Part shown: piece after piece, positions 47,661-56,862 of the stretch
Position numbering within the stretch: position 1 is the first letter of the stretch
Layout of the letters: the number at the start of each line of letters is the position of its first letter
Source: a bacterium
Lineage (GTDB): Bacteria; Patescibacteriota; Minisyncoccia; Phycocordibacterales; UBA2100
DNA length: 64,000 bases
Assembly (NCBI GenBank): GCA_030647655.1
Contig: JAUSJH010000002.1
Span: 130,445-194,444, forward strand
Direction: 5' to 3'
Position numbers and translations under genes: made by a program
The notes under the pieces: generated by a model
Told to the model about the DNA's origin: nothing
Databases searched by the model: none
The model's input: the letters and a program-made list of their open reading frames with translations, nothing else

Positions 47661-48725
47661 ATGCTCCCTGATCTTGTACGTATTCTCCTCCCAGCCGCGA
47701 TAGCTTTCGTCGTAGGCGTAGCGGCAACCCCACTCCTTACGCACTACCTTTATGCCTACAAAGCATGGAAGAAACGCCCCGGCAAGCAAACTCTCGATGG
47801 TGCCATAGCGCACGAATTCTATCGTCTTCATCACGAGAACGAGGTGCGTGCGCCGCGCATGGGCGGCATCGTCGTGTGGGGAAGTGTCGTCCTCACCATT
47901 CTCGGCATCGCTATATTCGCGCAGATAATTCCAATTCCTGCTTTGAAGGACCTTAACTTCTTGAGCCGCAACCAGACGTGGCTTCCGCTAGCCGCTCTCC
48001 TCGTCGGCGCATTCATCGGCCTCATCGACGATCTTATGGTCATCAGGCAAAGTGGTGAGGGCCTCCGACTGCGCTTTCGCCTTCTCATCGTGGTACTGCT
48101 CTCCTCTTTCGTCGGCTGGTGGTTTTTCGACAAACTCGACGTAACGGCCGTCAATATCCCGTTTGCCGCGCCGCTCGAGCTCGGCTGGCTTATCATTCCG
48201 CTCTTCGTCCTTGTCTCACTTTCGCTTTACGCCTCCGGCGTCATAGACGGCATAGACGGACTCTCGGGCGGCGTATTTGCTTCCATATTCGCTTCCTATA
48301 CGATTATCGCGTTTACGCAGAATCAAATCGACCTTGCGGCCTTCACGGCGTGCGTCGTCGGGGGACTTCTCGCATTTCTGTGGTTCAACGTCCCGCCCGC
48401 GCGTTTTTACATGTCTGACACCGGTACGATGGGCCTCACGCTTGCTATCGGCACGATTGCCTTCATGACCGATGATTTGGGCGGGGGAGTCGGGATATCC
48501 GTCTTACCCATTATCGGCGCCTTGCTCGTTGTGACCGTACTTTCCGACATCGCGCAAGTGTTCTCGAAGAGATTTTTAGGGCGCAAGCTCCTGCGTATCG
48601 CGCCACTGCATCACCATTTCGAGGCAATCGGCTGGTCGGGACCTAAGGTCGTAATGCGATATTGGATACTTTCTGTAGTGTTTTCATTTGCTGGGGTCAT
48701 CATCGCCCTTGCCGCACTACCCTGA
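47661..48725 (+). CDS. mraY: Phospho-MurNAc-pentapeptide transferase
   Basis: PRMGG, GLIDD, DGIDGL, FLWFN, MSDTG, APLHHHFE. Confidence 0.93.
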   Translation: MLPDLVRILLPAAIAFVVGVAATPLLTHYLYAYKAWKKRPGKQTLDGAIAHEFYRLHHENEVRAPRMGGIVVWGSVVLTILGIAIFAQIIPIPALKDLNFLSRNQTWLPLAALLVGAFIGLIDDLMVIRQSGEGLRLRFRLLIVVLLSSFVGWWFFDKLDVTAVNIPFAAPLELGWLIIPLFVLVSLSLYASGVIDGIDGLSGGVFASIFASYTIIAFTQNQIDLAAFTACVVGGLLAFLWFNVPPARFYMSDTGTMGLTLAIGTIAFMTDDLGGGVGISVLPIIGALLVVTVLSDIAQVFSKRFLGRKLLRIAPLHHHFEAIGWSGPKVVMRYWILSVVFSFAGVIIALAALP

Positions 48726-48749
48726 TTTTCCGGGTGATACTATAGGTCA

Positions 48750-49847
48750 ATGCGGAAAGGACGGATGGACAAGACTTTGCTTTTGCTCATACTCGCGCTC
48801 GTGTTCGGCGGCACTTTGATTTTTGCGTCTGCCGCGTTTGGTCTTCTGGCACGCGGGCAGGTGAGCATGACCTCTGTAGTCTTCAATCACTTAGTTCTTG
48901 GCATCGGACTCGGGCTTGTGGGACTTTTTGCGCTGTCATTCTTTGATTATCGCAAATGGCGCCTTTTCGCGCCCTATTGTTTCGGGCTCGCCCTTATTGC
49001 AACAGCTCTCGTATTTATTCCGCAGGTAGGCCTCTCGCACGGCGGAGGGACGCGTTGGCTCGACATATTCGGGGTCTCTGTCCAACCTTCGGAAGGTTTG
49101 AAGTTGGCAACGATCATGGTGGCCGCCCTCTACTTCGCGGCTATCCGCACCCATGTCGGGTCTCTCGTGTGGGGCTTGGGCGGATTTCTTGCCATTATCG
49201 CGCTACCGACCGTGCTCCTCGTACTTCAACCTGACATCGGAACCCTCTTTATCATCTGTATATCGGTCTTCGCTGTCTATGCTGCCGCCGGTGCCCGCGC
49301 GCGTGACATCGGCGTAGCAATCATCATCGCCATCGTGTGCCTCGGTGCCATTCTCTACGCGAAGCCGCATGCGCGCGACCGCGTGATGACCTTCCTCAAT
49401 CCCGCGCAAAACCAGCAGGCGCAAGGCTACCAGATCCGCCAATCGCTTATCGCCATCGGCTCGGGGCAAATTCTTGGGCGCGGACTTGGGCAAGGTGTCC
49501 AAAAATTCAAATATCTTCCGGAGCCGATGGGGGATTCAATATTCGCTGTCGCTGGTGAAGAGCTCGGCTTTGTGGGTACCGTCGGTATCGTTCTCTTATT
49601 TCTTTTTGTCGCTCTTCGCGGATTCGCGGTCGCCGCGCGCACCGCTGATTCTTTCGGCGGCCTTTTGGCCGTCGGCATCTCGACATACCTTGTGAGCGAA
49701 GCTTTCATTAATATCGCCGCGATGCTCGGCGTTTTCCCCCTGACCGGCATCCCGCTTACGTTCATCTCCCAAGGCGGCACTGCGATGCTCGTCTCACTCG
49801 CCAGCGCCGGCATACTGCTCAACATCTCGCGGCACCAAAAAAAATGA
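48750..49847 (+). CDS. ftsW: SEDS glycosyltransferase FtsW/RodA
   Basis: GTRWL, QPSE, QPDIGT, GYQIRQS, DSIFAVAGEELG, PLTGIPLTFISQGG; lies between mraY and murG. Confidence 0.88.
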   Translation: MRKGRMDKTLLLLILALVFGGTLIFASAAFGLLARGQVSMTSVVFNHLVLGIGLGLVGLFALSFFDYRKWRLFAPYCFGLALIATALVFIPQVGLSHGGGTRWLDIFGVSVQPSEGLKLATIMVAALYFAAIRTHVGSLVWGLGGFLAIIALPTVLLVLQPDIGTLFIICISVFAVYAAAGARARDIGVAIIIAIVCLGAILYAKPHARDRVMTFLNPAQNQQAQGYQIRQSLIAIGSGQILGRGLGQGVQKFKYLPEPMGDSIFAVAGEELGFVGTVGIVLLFLFVALRGFAVAARTADSFGGLLAVGISTYLVSEAFINIAAMLGVFPLTGIPLTFISQGGTAMLVSLASAGILLNISRHQKK

Positions 49848-49868
49848 GGCCCCGCGGAGGAGGCCTCA
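49837..49868 (-). terminator. Intrinsic terminator of minus-strand small ORF
   Basis: TGAGGCC/GGCCTCA stem with 8 T on the minus strand. Confidence 0.65.
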
Positions 49869-49899
49869 ATGAGTGTCCTGCGGCTTGATTCGCGTGCTT

Positions 49900-50061
49900 T
49901 CAGACGCTTTTAGCCCACGCGTGCAAGACTATGGCTAATGACTTCTTGTCGGAATCCTTGAATGCCGACGGATTCTCGATTATCTGAGCTGCCAGCTCGA
50001 TGCTGTGCTTGAAGTCGCTCCTGGTGTTATTTCCGGGAAGAGTAATGGTATCGCCTGGCAT
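49900..50061 (-). CDS. 53-aa orphan protein (below the ORF-track cutoff)
   Basis: MPGDTITLPG...VLHAWAKSV*; AGAGAGGGA SD; TTGACA upstream; terminator downstream. Confidence 0.55.
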   Translation of the reverse strand: MPGDTITLPGNNTRSDFKHSIELAAQIIENPSAFKDSDKKSLAIVLHAWAKSV

Positions 50062-50225
50062 GACGTACGTCCCTCTCTTAGTTGCCGCAGCAATGGCTGA
50101 ATGTCTTCAGATGCTGCTTACGACAACCGAGATACTTTCAAACTGGTTCGATTTAATCACGAGAAGAGTGTTTTGTCAATAAAACCCGTGTATCGACCTA
50201 AAATCATGTTAAAATCCTAAGACGT

Positions 50226-51368
50226 ATGCGTATCGTGCTCGTGGGCGGGGGAACGGGGGGACACTTTTATCCTCTCATTGCCGTTGCGGAAGCGATAGAA
50301 GACCTCTGCAAGGAGCGGACGCTCATCGAGCCCGAGCTCTACTATGTGGGTCCGCCCCCATTCGATGCCGAGGCCCTGCTTGAGCACGACATAATCTATG
50401 TCCCGAGCTCCGCCGGCAAGGTGCGGCGATATCCCAGTATTCTCAATTTCTTGAGTGTCTTCGTCAACGCCATAGGGGTTATCCGTTCGACATTCCAACT
50501 TTTCAATCTCTATCCCGACGTTGTATTTTCGACCGGAGGATACGCCGCTTTCCCCACCCTCTACGCGGCGCGGCTTTTACGCATACCTGTCGTCATCTAT
50601 GATGCCGATGCGACCCCGGGGCGCGTATCTCTGTGGTCGGCAAAATTTGCCAAATGGATAGCGCTCGCGCATCAAGGCGCGGCAGGTAAATTCGCGCCGC
50701 GCGTGCGCGACCGCATTGCATCCGTCGGACATCCTATTCGCAAAGAAATCGTTGGGCCGGCAAAGGAAGGCGGGCATGAATTCCTCAAACTCGATAAGGC
50801 GGTTCCCACCATTTTTATCATGGGCGGCTCGCAAGGGGCTCGTGCCATCAACGAGGTCGTCTTGGACGCACTCGCCGACCTTACCGCTGAATTCAACGTG
50901 GTTCATCAGGTGGGGACCGCAAACCTCGTTGAGACCGGCAACATCAGCTCCGTCGTTCTGAAGAATTCGCGGTTCAAGGAGCGCTACAAGATATTCGGCC
51001 TCCTCAACACATTCGCATTGCGCATGGCCGCCGGCATTTCTACCCTCGTCGTCGCGCGCGCGGGCTCCGGCACGATATTCGAAGTCGCAAGCTGGGGTCT
51101 GCCCTCTATTCTCGTGCCTATTCCACTTGATGTCTCACACGACCAAACCGAGAACGCCTTCGCCTTCGCTCGGGCGGGAGCGGCGACAGTAATCGAACAG
51201 CGCAACCTTTCGCCGCACCTTCTTGTGGCCGAGATACAGCGCATCGCGGGAGACCCCGCCCTCCAGGCAAAAATGTCAGCAGCGGCGCATTCTTTTGCGC
51301 GGCCGGACGCGGCAAAAAAGATAGCCATGGTGCTCTTGGAAACCGTGATAGAACATGAACCCAAATAA
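50226..51368 (+). CDS. murG: MurG glycosyltransferase
   Basis: GGGTGGHFYP, STGGY, GGSQGA, RAGSGT, HDQTENA. Confidence 0.96.
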   Translation: MRIVLVGGGTGGHFYPLIAVAEAIEDLCKERTLIEPELYYVGPPPFDAEALLEHDIIYVPSSAGKVRRYPSILNFLSVFVNAIGVIRSTFQLFNLYPDVVFSTGGYAAFPTLYAARLLRIPVVIYDADATPGRVSLWSAKFAKWIALAHQGAAGKFAPRVRDRIASVGHPIRKEIVGPAKEGGHEFLKLDKAVPTIFIMGGSQGARAINEVVLDALADLTAEFNVVHQVGTANLVETGNISSVVLKNSRFKERYKIFGLLNTFALRMAAGISTLVVARAGSGTIFEVASWGLPSILVPIPLDVSHDQTENAFAFARAGAATVIEQRNLSPHLLVAEIQRIAGDPALQAKMSAAAHSFARPDAAKKIAMVLLETVIEHEPK

Positions 51369-52722
51369 ACAAAACGGTGTTCGAGTGAGATTTCCACCAA
51401 GTCCTACCGGATATTGCCACGTGGGTACAGCGCGTATGGCGGTATTGAATTATCTTTTTGCCCGCAAGAACGACGGTCACATAATTTTCCGGAGCGAAGA
51501 CACGGATAAAGAGCGCAGCACTAAAGAGTATGAAGAGGATATTATGGAGAGCGTTAAGTGGCTTGGCCTCGACTGGGACGAGTTCTATCGGCAATCGGAA
51601 CGAACTTCTGTGTATGTGCATGCGCTCCAGACGCTGATAGACAAAGACGCGGCATACGTTTCCGAAGAGGAGAGCAAAAAAGAAGCCGGGCAAATAGTCA
51701 AAGTCGTTCGACTCAAAAATCCCAACAAAGTCGTAAAATTCCAAGACGCTATCCGCGGAGAAATATCCTTTGACACCACCGAACTCAAGGATTTCGTCGT
51801 CGCACGTGCGATAGACGATCCACTCTACCACTTGTCCGTTGTCGTAGACGATGCTGATATGGGCATTACACATGTCATCCGCGGCGAAGAACACATTTCC
51901 AACACTCCGCGCCAGATACTCATTCAGGAAGCTCTCGGGTACGCGCGGCCCATATACGCGCACTATCCGCTCTTTCTTGGCGCCGACAAATCCAAGCTTT
52001 CAAAACGGAAAGGGGACGTCGCGGTACGCGATTATCGCGAGGATGGTTTTTTACCGGAGGCGATGCTCAACTTCGTCGGCATCTTGGGATGGACGCCGCC
52101 GTCTGGAAAGGAAATCTTGTCCCTCGGAGAAATGGTGCAGGAGTTTGACATCAAAGACCTGCATAAAAGCGGAGCAGTATTCGATATGGATAAACTTCGC
52201 TGGTATAACAGACAGTATCTACTGAAAAAGGATGACGTTGAATTCGCCGCGTATGCACTGCCGCCACTCGAGAACGCTTTGAAAGAAAGGGGTGTTTCTT
52301 GGGATGAAAATACGGCAAAAAAACTGGTGCAGGACTTGAAAGAACGCATTTCTGTTGCCGCAGACATATCAGAATCCGCTATGGCAGGGGAGTTCGATTT
52401 CTTCTTTGCAGACCCGATGCCTGATCTTTCTCATATCCCGCAAAAGGGTGGGAGCGTTTCGGACACAATTGCTCATCTGGAATCGGCGAAAAACCTGCTC
52501 TATAAGCTCGAAAATGAGGCGTGGAGCGACGCAGAGCGTATAAAGGGCGCCGTGTGGGAATATGCGACAAGTGCGGGCCGTGGCGCGGTTCTTTGGCCGC
52601 TTCGGTACGCTCTTACTGGGAAAGATAAGAGTCCGGACCCTTTTGAGGTCGCCTCGGTACTAGGTAAAACGGCCGCACTAAGGCGCATTGATAACGCTCT
52701 AAAAATCCTCCAGACCGTATGA
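51355..52722 (+). CDS. gltX: Glutamate--tRNA ligase
   Basis: RFPPSPTG, HVGT, EDTD, THVIRGEEH, KLSKR. Confidence 0.97.
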   Translation: MNPNKQNGVRVRFPPSPTGYCHVGTARMAVLNYLFARKNDGHIIFRSEDTDKERSTKEYEEDIMESVKWLGLDWDEFYRQSERTSVYVHALQTLIDKDAAYVSEEESKKEAGQIVKVVRLKNPNKVVKFQDAIRGEISFDTTELKDFVVARAIDDPLYHLSVVVDDADMGITHVIRGEEHISNTPRQILIQEALGYARPIYAHYPLFLGADKSKLSKRKGDVAVRDYREDGFLPEAMLNFVGILGWTPPSGKEILSLGEMVQEFDIKDLHKSGAVFDMDKLRWYNRQYLLKKDDVEFAAYALPPLENALKERGVSWDENTAKKLVQDLKERISVAADISESAMAGEFDFFFADPMPDLSHIPQKGGSVSDTIAHLESAKNLLYKLENEAWSDAERIKGAVWEYATSAGRGAVLWPLRYALTGKDKSPDPFEVASVLGKTAALRRIDNALKILQTV

Positions 52723-54005
52723 CGAGAGTTACCGCGGTACCGGCCGCGCTCGTTTTGCTCGCGGTCATGCTCCTTCCCGCGCTCGGGTGGGGGCAAAGCG
52801 ACGCGCCGAGCGAGATACAGCGGCAAATAGACGCTCACAATGCGCAGATTACGGCTCTCGACAAAGAGATCGCGCAATATCAGGTGCAGCTCGACGCCGT
52901 CGGGAGCAAAAAGAAAACCCTGCAAAATACGCTCTCGCAATTAGATCTATCCATAAAGAAAGCGACCGCTTCCATCAATGCGACGAAAAATAAGATAAGT
53001 GCGACACAACTTGAGATACAACAGCTTGCGCGCGGTATCGCTGGGAAACAGGCTTCGATAAACACAGGCGAAGCCGGCATTGGTGAATCTATCCGACAGT
53101 TGCACGAGTACGATACGGAGCCGCTTATCGTGCAGATGCTCTCGTCTGCGGATTTCACCGACGTCTGGACCGACGTGGATGCGAATCAAACTTTGCAAAA
53201 AGCTTTAAACGAACAGATAGGGGAGCTTGCGTCTGAAAAACAATCGCTTACCGACACAAAGGTCGCGACGGAAGCGAAAAAAGCCGAGCTCGTGAAGCAG
53301 CAGAATACCTTGGTGGCCCAGCAGGGCTCCTTGAACGCCCAGAAAAAAGCCCAAAGCGAGCTACTCGTACAGACCAAATCACAGGAATCGACATATCAGG
53401 CAATACTTGCCCAAAAACAATCGGCCAAGGCAAGTTTCGAGGCCGCCCTTACCGATTTGAAAGCGCAATTCCAGCACGCGGTCAATCCATCGGAAATTCT
53501 TACGGCCGGAAAGGGGATTCTGCGCTGGCCGCTCGATAACGTACGCATCACGCAGAATTTCGGGAACACTGCGTTTGCGCAATCGGGTGCCTACAACGGC
53601 AAAGGGCATAATGGAGTAGACCTTGCCGCCCCGATAGGGACGCCCATCAAAGCGGCGCTCACGGGCACAGTCCTCGGCACTGGCAACACGGATAGCGTAC
53701 GCGGATGCTATTCGTTCGGCAGATGGATCATGCTCAAACATGCGAACGGTCTAAACACCATGTATTCGCATCTTTCGCAGGTCAGTGTAGCCACAGGACA
53801 ATCTGTGGCGACAGGTGCCCTCATCGGCTACAGCGGAGAAACGGGATACGCCACAGGCCCGCACCTGCACTTCGGAGTCTATGTGACGTCAGCAACACAG
53901 ATAGTGAAGCTTTCGCAAGCGACCAACAAAACAAGCTCGTGTAGCAACGCCATCATGCCGGTCGCTCCATTGTCTGGATATCTAAACCCGATGAATTATC
54001 TTTAA
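52719..54005 (+). CDS. Secreted coiled-coil M23 metallopeptidase
   Basis: Signal peptide, long coiled coil, HNGVD, YSHL, GPHLHF. Confidence 0.92.
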   Translation: MTRVTAVPAALVLLAVMLLPALGWGQSDAPSEIQRQIDAHNAQITALDKEIAQYQVQLDAVGSKKKTLQNTLSQLDLSIKKATASINATKNKISATQLEIQQLARGIAGKQASINTGEAGIGESIRQLHEYDTEPLIVQMLSSADFTDVWTDVDANQTLQKALNEQIGELASEKQSLTDTKVATEAKKAELVKQQNTLVAQQGSLNAQKKAQSELLVQTKSQESTYQAILAQKQSAKASFEAALTDLKAQFQHAVNPSEILTAGKGILRWPLDNVRITQNFGNTAFAQSGAYNGKGHNGVDLAAPIGTPIKAALTGTVLGTGNTDSVRGCYSFGRWIMLKHANGLNTMYSHLSQVSVATGQSVATGALIGYSGETGYATGPHLHFGVYVTSATQIVKLSQATNKTSSCSNAIMPVAPLSGYLNPMNYL

Positions 54006-54024
54006 GAGAAAGAATTTTTGAGCA

Positions 54025-54200
54025 ATGTATGCTCTGGGGGAGTCAAAATGGATTTCAGAGCCTCAGAGTACATATTTAGATAGCATAGCTGTCTTCCTCA
54101 AGACTGTACTGAAGGCCATTGTGCGACTGCGCTTGCTCGGTTGCACAATGGCCGCTATCTTTTCCGATGTATATACGTCGGAAAAGAAACATTGTGCGAC
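54025..54200 (+). ncRNA. Candidate structured RNA (unknown family)
   Basis: Three long hairpins whose non-Watson-Crick pairs are G.U on the + strand. Confidence 0.35.
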
Positions 54201-54409
54201 GTGCTCATATTAGGCCACAGACCACATTAGACCACTACCCTGTCAAGAGTTGGCACCCTGTTTTTTCAAAGGCTCTATACAACCCAGAAAATGTTTTGTG
54301 CATTTTTTGTTCGATAGAAAATAAAAATCATTTTCTGCCAGCATCCTCCCCTGATACGAGTCGAAATGTCTCTCGTCTGTAGGGCCCCCTATCCCCTAAC
54401 ACAGTAGCT

Positions 54410-55006
54410 CTATGCTTTTTTCCACGGGATCTCAAACTGCGTGAATTCAGGCAAAAGTTTTCGTCCGTACAAAAGACGCGAGATAACTTCTGCGTGTGAA
54501 AGTGCACCGGTCAGTGCATTGTGCGGAGAGGGCTCTTCGGGGATGCCGCAGTAGTTGAGTACGGCGTCGAGGTCGAGCGCCGAGCGCTGATGTTTGACAG
54601 GCGGCTGCAGTCCTCGATTTATCATGTGCATATAGCAGAGCGTGTGCGTATCAATAGTGCGGTATGCGAATTGCCAGTCTGTGTGGCCCGCGCGCTCGGC
54701 GGCGGCTTTGAGGAAATCTCTGTCGAATGACACATTCTGGCCGGCGAGTGTCTTCTCCTTCACCCCATCGCTCCAATGCAAGAATGCGTGAATTAGGTCT
54801 GATTCGCTCTGTTTTTTTGTGTCGACAATCTGCTCATTCGTAAATCCATTGACCGCGAGCGCTTCATCCATCACATGCGCGCCGTCCCAAATCCGACACT
54901 CCTCATAAAAACGATTGGAGGGATTGGAAAAATCGAGAGCGCCGAGGCTCACGATGGAGTGTTTTTTGGGCTCTGTGCCCGAGGCTTCAACATCAACAAC
55001 AAGCAT
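54410..55006 (-). CDS. DEDDh 3'-5' exonuclease
   Basis: VVDVEASG, GQNVSFDRDFL, IDT, HNALTGA; start MLVVDVE lies 6 nt after TACAAT. Confidence 0.9.
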   Translation of the reverse strand: MLVVDVEASGTEPKKHSIVSLGALDFSNPSNRFYEECRIWDGAHVMDEALAVNGFTNEQIVDTKKQSESDLIHAFLHWSDGVKEKTLAGQNVSFDRDFLKAAAERAGHTDWQFAYRTIDTHTLCYMHMINRGLQPPVKHQRSALDLDAVLNYCGIPEEPSPHNALTGALSHAEVISRLLYGRKLLPEFTQFEIPWKKA

Positions 55007-55025
55007 GCTTCCATTGTAGCCTGAA

Positions 55026-55394
55026 TCACTGCGCTGATAAACCCTTGCAATTCTTGGCGGGCGTATATCCTGCTTTGCGTGCGGCATCCTCGCTTTGGAA
55101 CCATCGCTGATTCTGCGGCAAAATCTTGGTGGCACCGGCGCACCACGGATAGTAATAGGCGCTACCCGTTTTCGATGCCACAAATTGGCCGCCGAACGTC
55201 ATCGCACGCACTTTTTGGTCCTCAGGCGCCCGCGTAATGGAAACTGGCGGCCTCACGTCTTCAAAGGCAGAGAGCCGTCCCAATCCAAAGGACGCGAGCG
55301 CCACGAGGAAAAGAATGGCCACAAGCCCCCATTCCGCGATCACGTCTTCGGAAAAGTTCTTGATTTTTAGACGCCATTCGGCTATAGTAGACAC
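55026..55394 (-). CDS. Membrane-anchored protein with Ada-like metal-binding domain
   Basis: TM (SFGLGRLS), [14 protein letters not shown]...[11 protein letters not shown]. Confidence 0.75.
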   Translation of the reverse strand: MSTIAEWRLKIKNFSEDVIAEWGLVAILFLVALASFGLGRLSAFEDVRPPVSITRAPEDQKVRAMTFGGQFVASKTGSAYYYPWCAGATKILPQNQRWFQSEDAARKAGYTPAKNCKGLSAQ

Positions 55395-55403
55395 TCTTGT
55401 ATT

Positions 55404-55433
55404 CTACTAGCTACAAGCTACAGGCTACAAGCT
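55404..55433. repeat. Heptamer tandem repeat (CTACAAG-like) x4
   Basis: CTACTAG CTACAAG CTACAGG CTACAAG. Confidence 0.75.
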
Positions 55434-55439
55434 CATTTC

Positions 55440-55712
55440 ATGGCAACAACAAAAGCAGGCGGAACAGCTAAAAATCTAAACGATTCAAATCCGAAGTATC
55501 TCGGCGTCAAACGCGCCGACGGGCAAAAAGTCGGCATCGGCGAGATAATCGTGCGCCAACGCGGGACGCTGATACTTGCCGGTAAGAACATCGGGGTCGG
55601 CGTGGACCATACCCTCTTTGCGCGGAGCGCGGGGACCGTACGATTTCGCACCAAGAGAAAAACGAATTTTGACGGGCGCTCGAATCGCCGTAGCATAGTC
55701 GACGTACTCTAA
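55440..55712 (+). CDS. rpmA: 50S ribosomal protein L27
   Basis: [34 protein letters not shown]. Confidence 0.97.
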   Translation: MATTKAGGTAKNLNDSNPKYLGVKRADGQKVGIGEIIVRQRGTLILAGKNIGVGVDHTLFARSAGTVRFRTKRKTNFDGRSNRRSIVDVL

Positions 55713-56155
55713 GAGCTCGCGGTAATAGCGAGATTTATACGCGCTTTTGCGTCTCCCGAGACGATGTCAATAGCATGCTCCCCTGTTTCTTTAATGGGCT
55801 TCTCTAGTTGAATAGCCTCGATAAGAAGGTGCACGCCTTTCTTCTCTGATATCGCATTAGCGACATCGCGCGCAACTATCGATTTAAAAAGGCCACCTTT
55901 TTCCGTGGCGCGGGCTGATATCTCGATACGAGCACCTTCGAGACTCTGAATCGCCACTCTGAGCGCCTTCGTGGCCTCTTCCCGCGCCTCCTCTTCCCTC
56001 TTTTGTGCTGTGGCATGCGCCGCAATTTTTTCTGGCGTTGCTTGGACTGCAAGCCCGCGCGCAATGAGAAAATTCAAGCCGTATCCATCGGAAACTTCTT
56101 TCACCGCCCCGTGTTGCCCCACCTTCGCCACATCCTTGAGCAAAATGACTTTCAT
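55709..56155 (-). CDS. rplI: 50S ribosomal protein L9
   Basis: [32 protein letters not shown]. Confidence 0.96.
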   Translation of the reverse strand: MKVILLKDVAKVGQHGAVKEVSDGYGLNFLIARGLAVQATPEKIAAHATAQKREEEAREEATKALRVAIQSLEGARIEISARATEKGGLFKSIVARDVANAISEKKGVHLLIEAIQLEKPIKETGEHAIDIVSGDAKARINLAITASS

Positions 56156-56173
56156 GGAAGTATTGAAACAAGA

Positions 56174-56378
56174 TTATTTGCAATAACCGTGTTTTTTGAT
56201 CTGTCGTCGTATATGTTTAACTTCTTTCTCTCCTATGAACTTTTCGAACCGCTTTTTCAAAACAAGACAAACGGTGCACACCCCTTCTTTTTTTTGAAAC
56301 GCAAAAATGTTCCAATGCAAGTTCGTATAAGTGAACAGCATCATATTTTGAGAAAGAAATTCGTCGTCGAGCAACCAT
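56174..56378 (-). pseudogene. Small basic Cys/His protein, frameshifted in an A8 tract
   Basis: MVARRRISFSKYDAVHLYELALEHFCVSKK | EGVCTVCLVLKKRFEKF...GYCK*; removing one A from 56288-56295 joins the frames. Confidence 0.5.
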
Positions 56379-56379
56379 C

Positions 56380-56586
56380 TTATTGCGGGACCGGCAACTG
56401 ATTGCGCAAGCGGAAGATAAGCCATCCTTCCAGTGCAGACAGCAGGTTGGCTCGGCACTCTTCAAGCGTTCGGCCGGTCGCCCAGACCCCCCGAAGAGCC
56501 TTGATCTCGGCGTAAAAACGCTTTCCGCCGTCAATCATTTCGTCCCATGCCTGGGACAGAAAAGTATCTATAAAATCCTGAATCAT
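56380..56586 (-). CDS. HicB-family antitoxin-like protein
   Basis: FYAEIKALRGVWATGRTLEECRANLLSALEGWL...LPVP. Confidence 0.85.
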   Translation of the reverse strand: MIQDFIDTFLSQAWDEMIDGGKRFYAEIKALRGVWATGRTLEECRANLLSALEGWLIFRLRNQLPVPQ

Positions 56587-56712
56587 TGAGTCACTATAGC
56601 ACAAAGGAGTTTTGCAAACACGCGTCCATACTACCCCACATTCGCCACATCCTTGAGCAAAATGACTTTCATTGAAACATTGTAAATCAAATCGGTTCAA
56701 CAATTGGTTGCA

Positions 56713-56740
56713 TTGACATAACCAGCTTCAGTTGTACTAT
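56713..56740 (+). promoter_or_regulatory. Sigma70-type promoter
   Basis: TTGACA-16 nt-TACTAT. Confidence 0.6.
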
Positions 56741-56744
56741 GCGT

Positions 56745-56862
56745 CCGGCTTGAGCTTCGGCTCTTGCTCCTTGAAACCGGGAGTGCTTCGGCATTCCTTA
56801 TATCCCTCCACCTTTCTTCGGAAAGGCCAACAGGGCTTCGGCCCAAGAGATGGAGAATCTCG
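56745..56862 (+). promoter_or_regulatory. Structured 5' leader with four C(UUCG)G hairpins
   Basis: Hairpins at 56752-63, 56780-97, 56811-26, 56833-44; CTCCA/TGGAG pairing covers the SD. Confidence 0.6.

Larger units (their letters stand above)
56124..56672. mobile_element. Small cassette bounded by a 32-bp direct repeat of the rplI 5' end
   Basis: TTCGCCACATCCTTGAGCAAAATGACTTTCAT at 56124-56155 and 56641-56672. Confidence 0.65.

Noticed and set aside
54036-54240. GGGGGAGTCAAAATGGATTTC resembles a tmRNA 5' end
   Set aside because: No GAC after the D-loop-like segment and no T-arm/CCA 3' end were found.
56174-56586. Canonical hicAB toxin-antitoxin pair
   Set aside because: No frame next to hicB shows a HicA-like sequence (G-S/K-H motif, dsRBD-like pattern).
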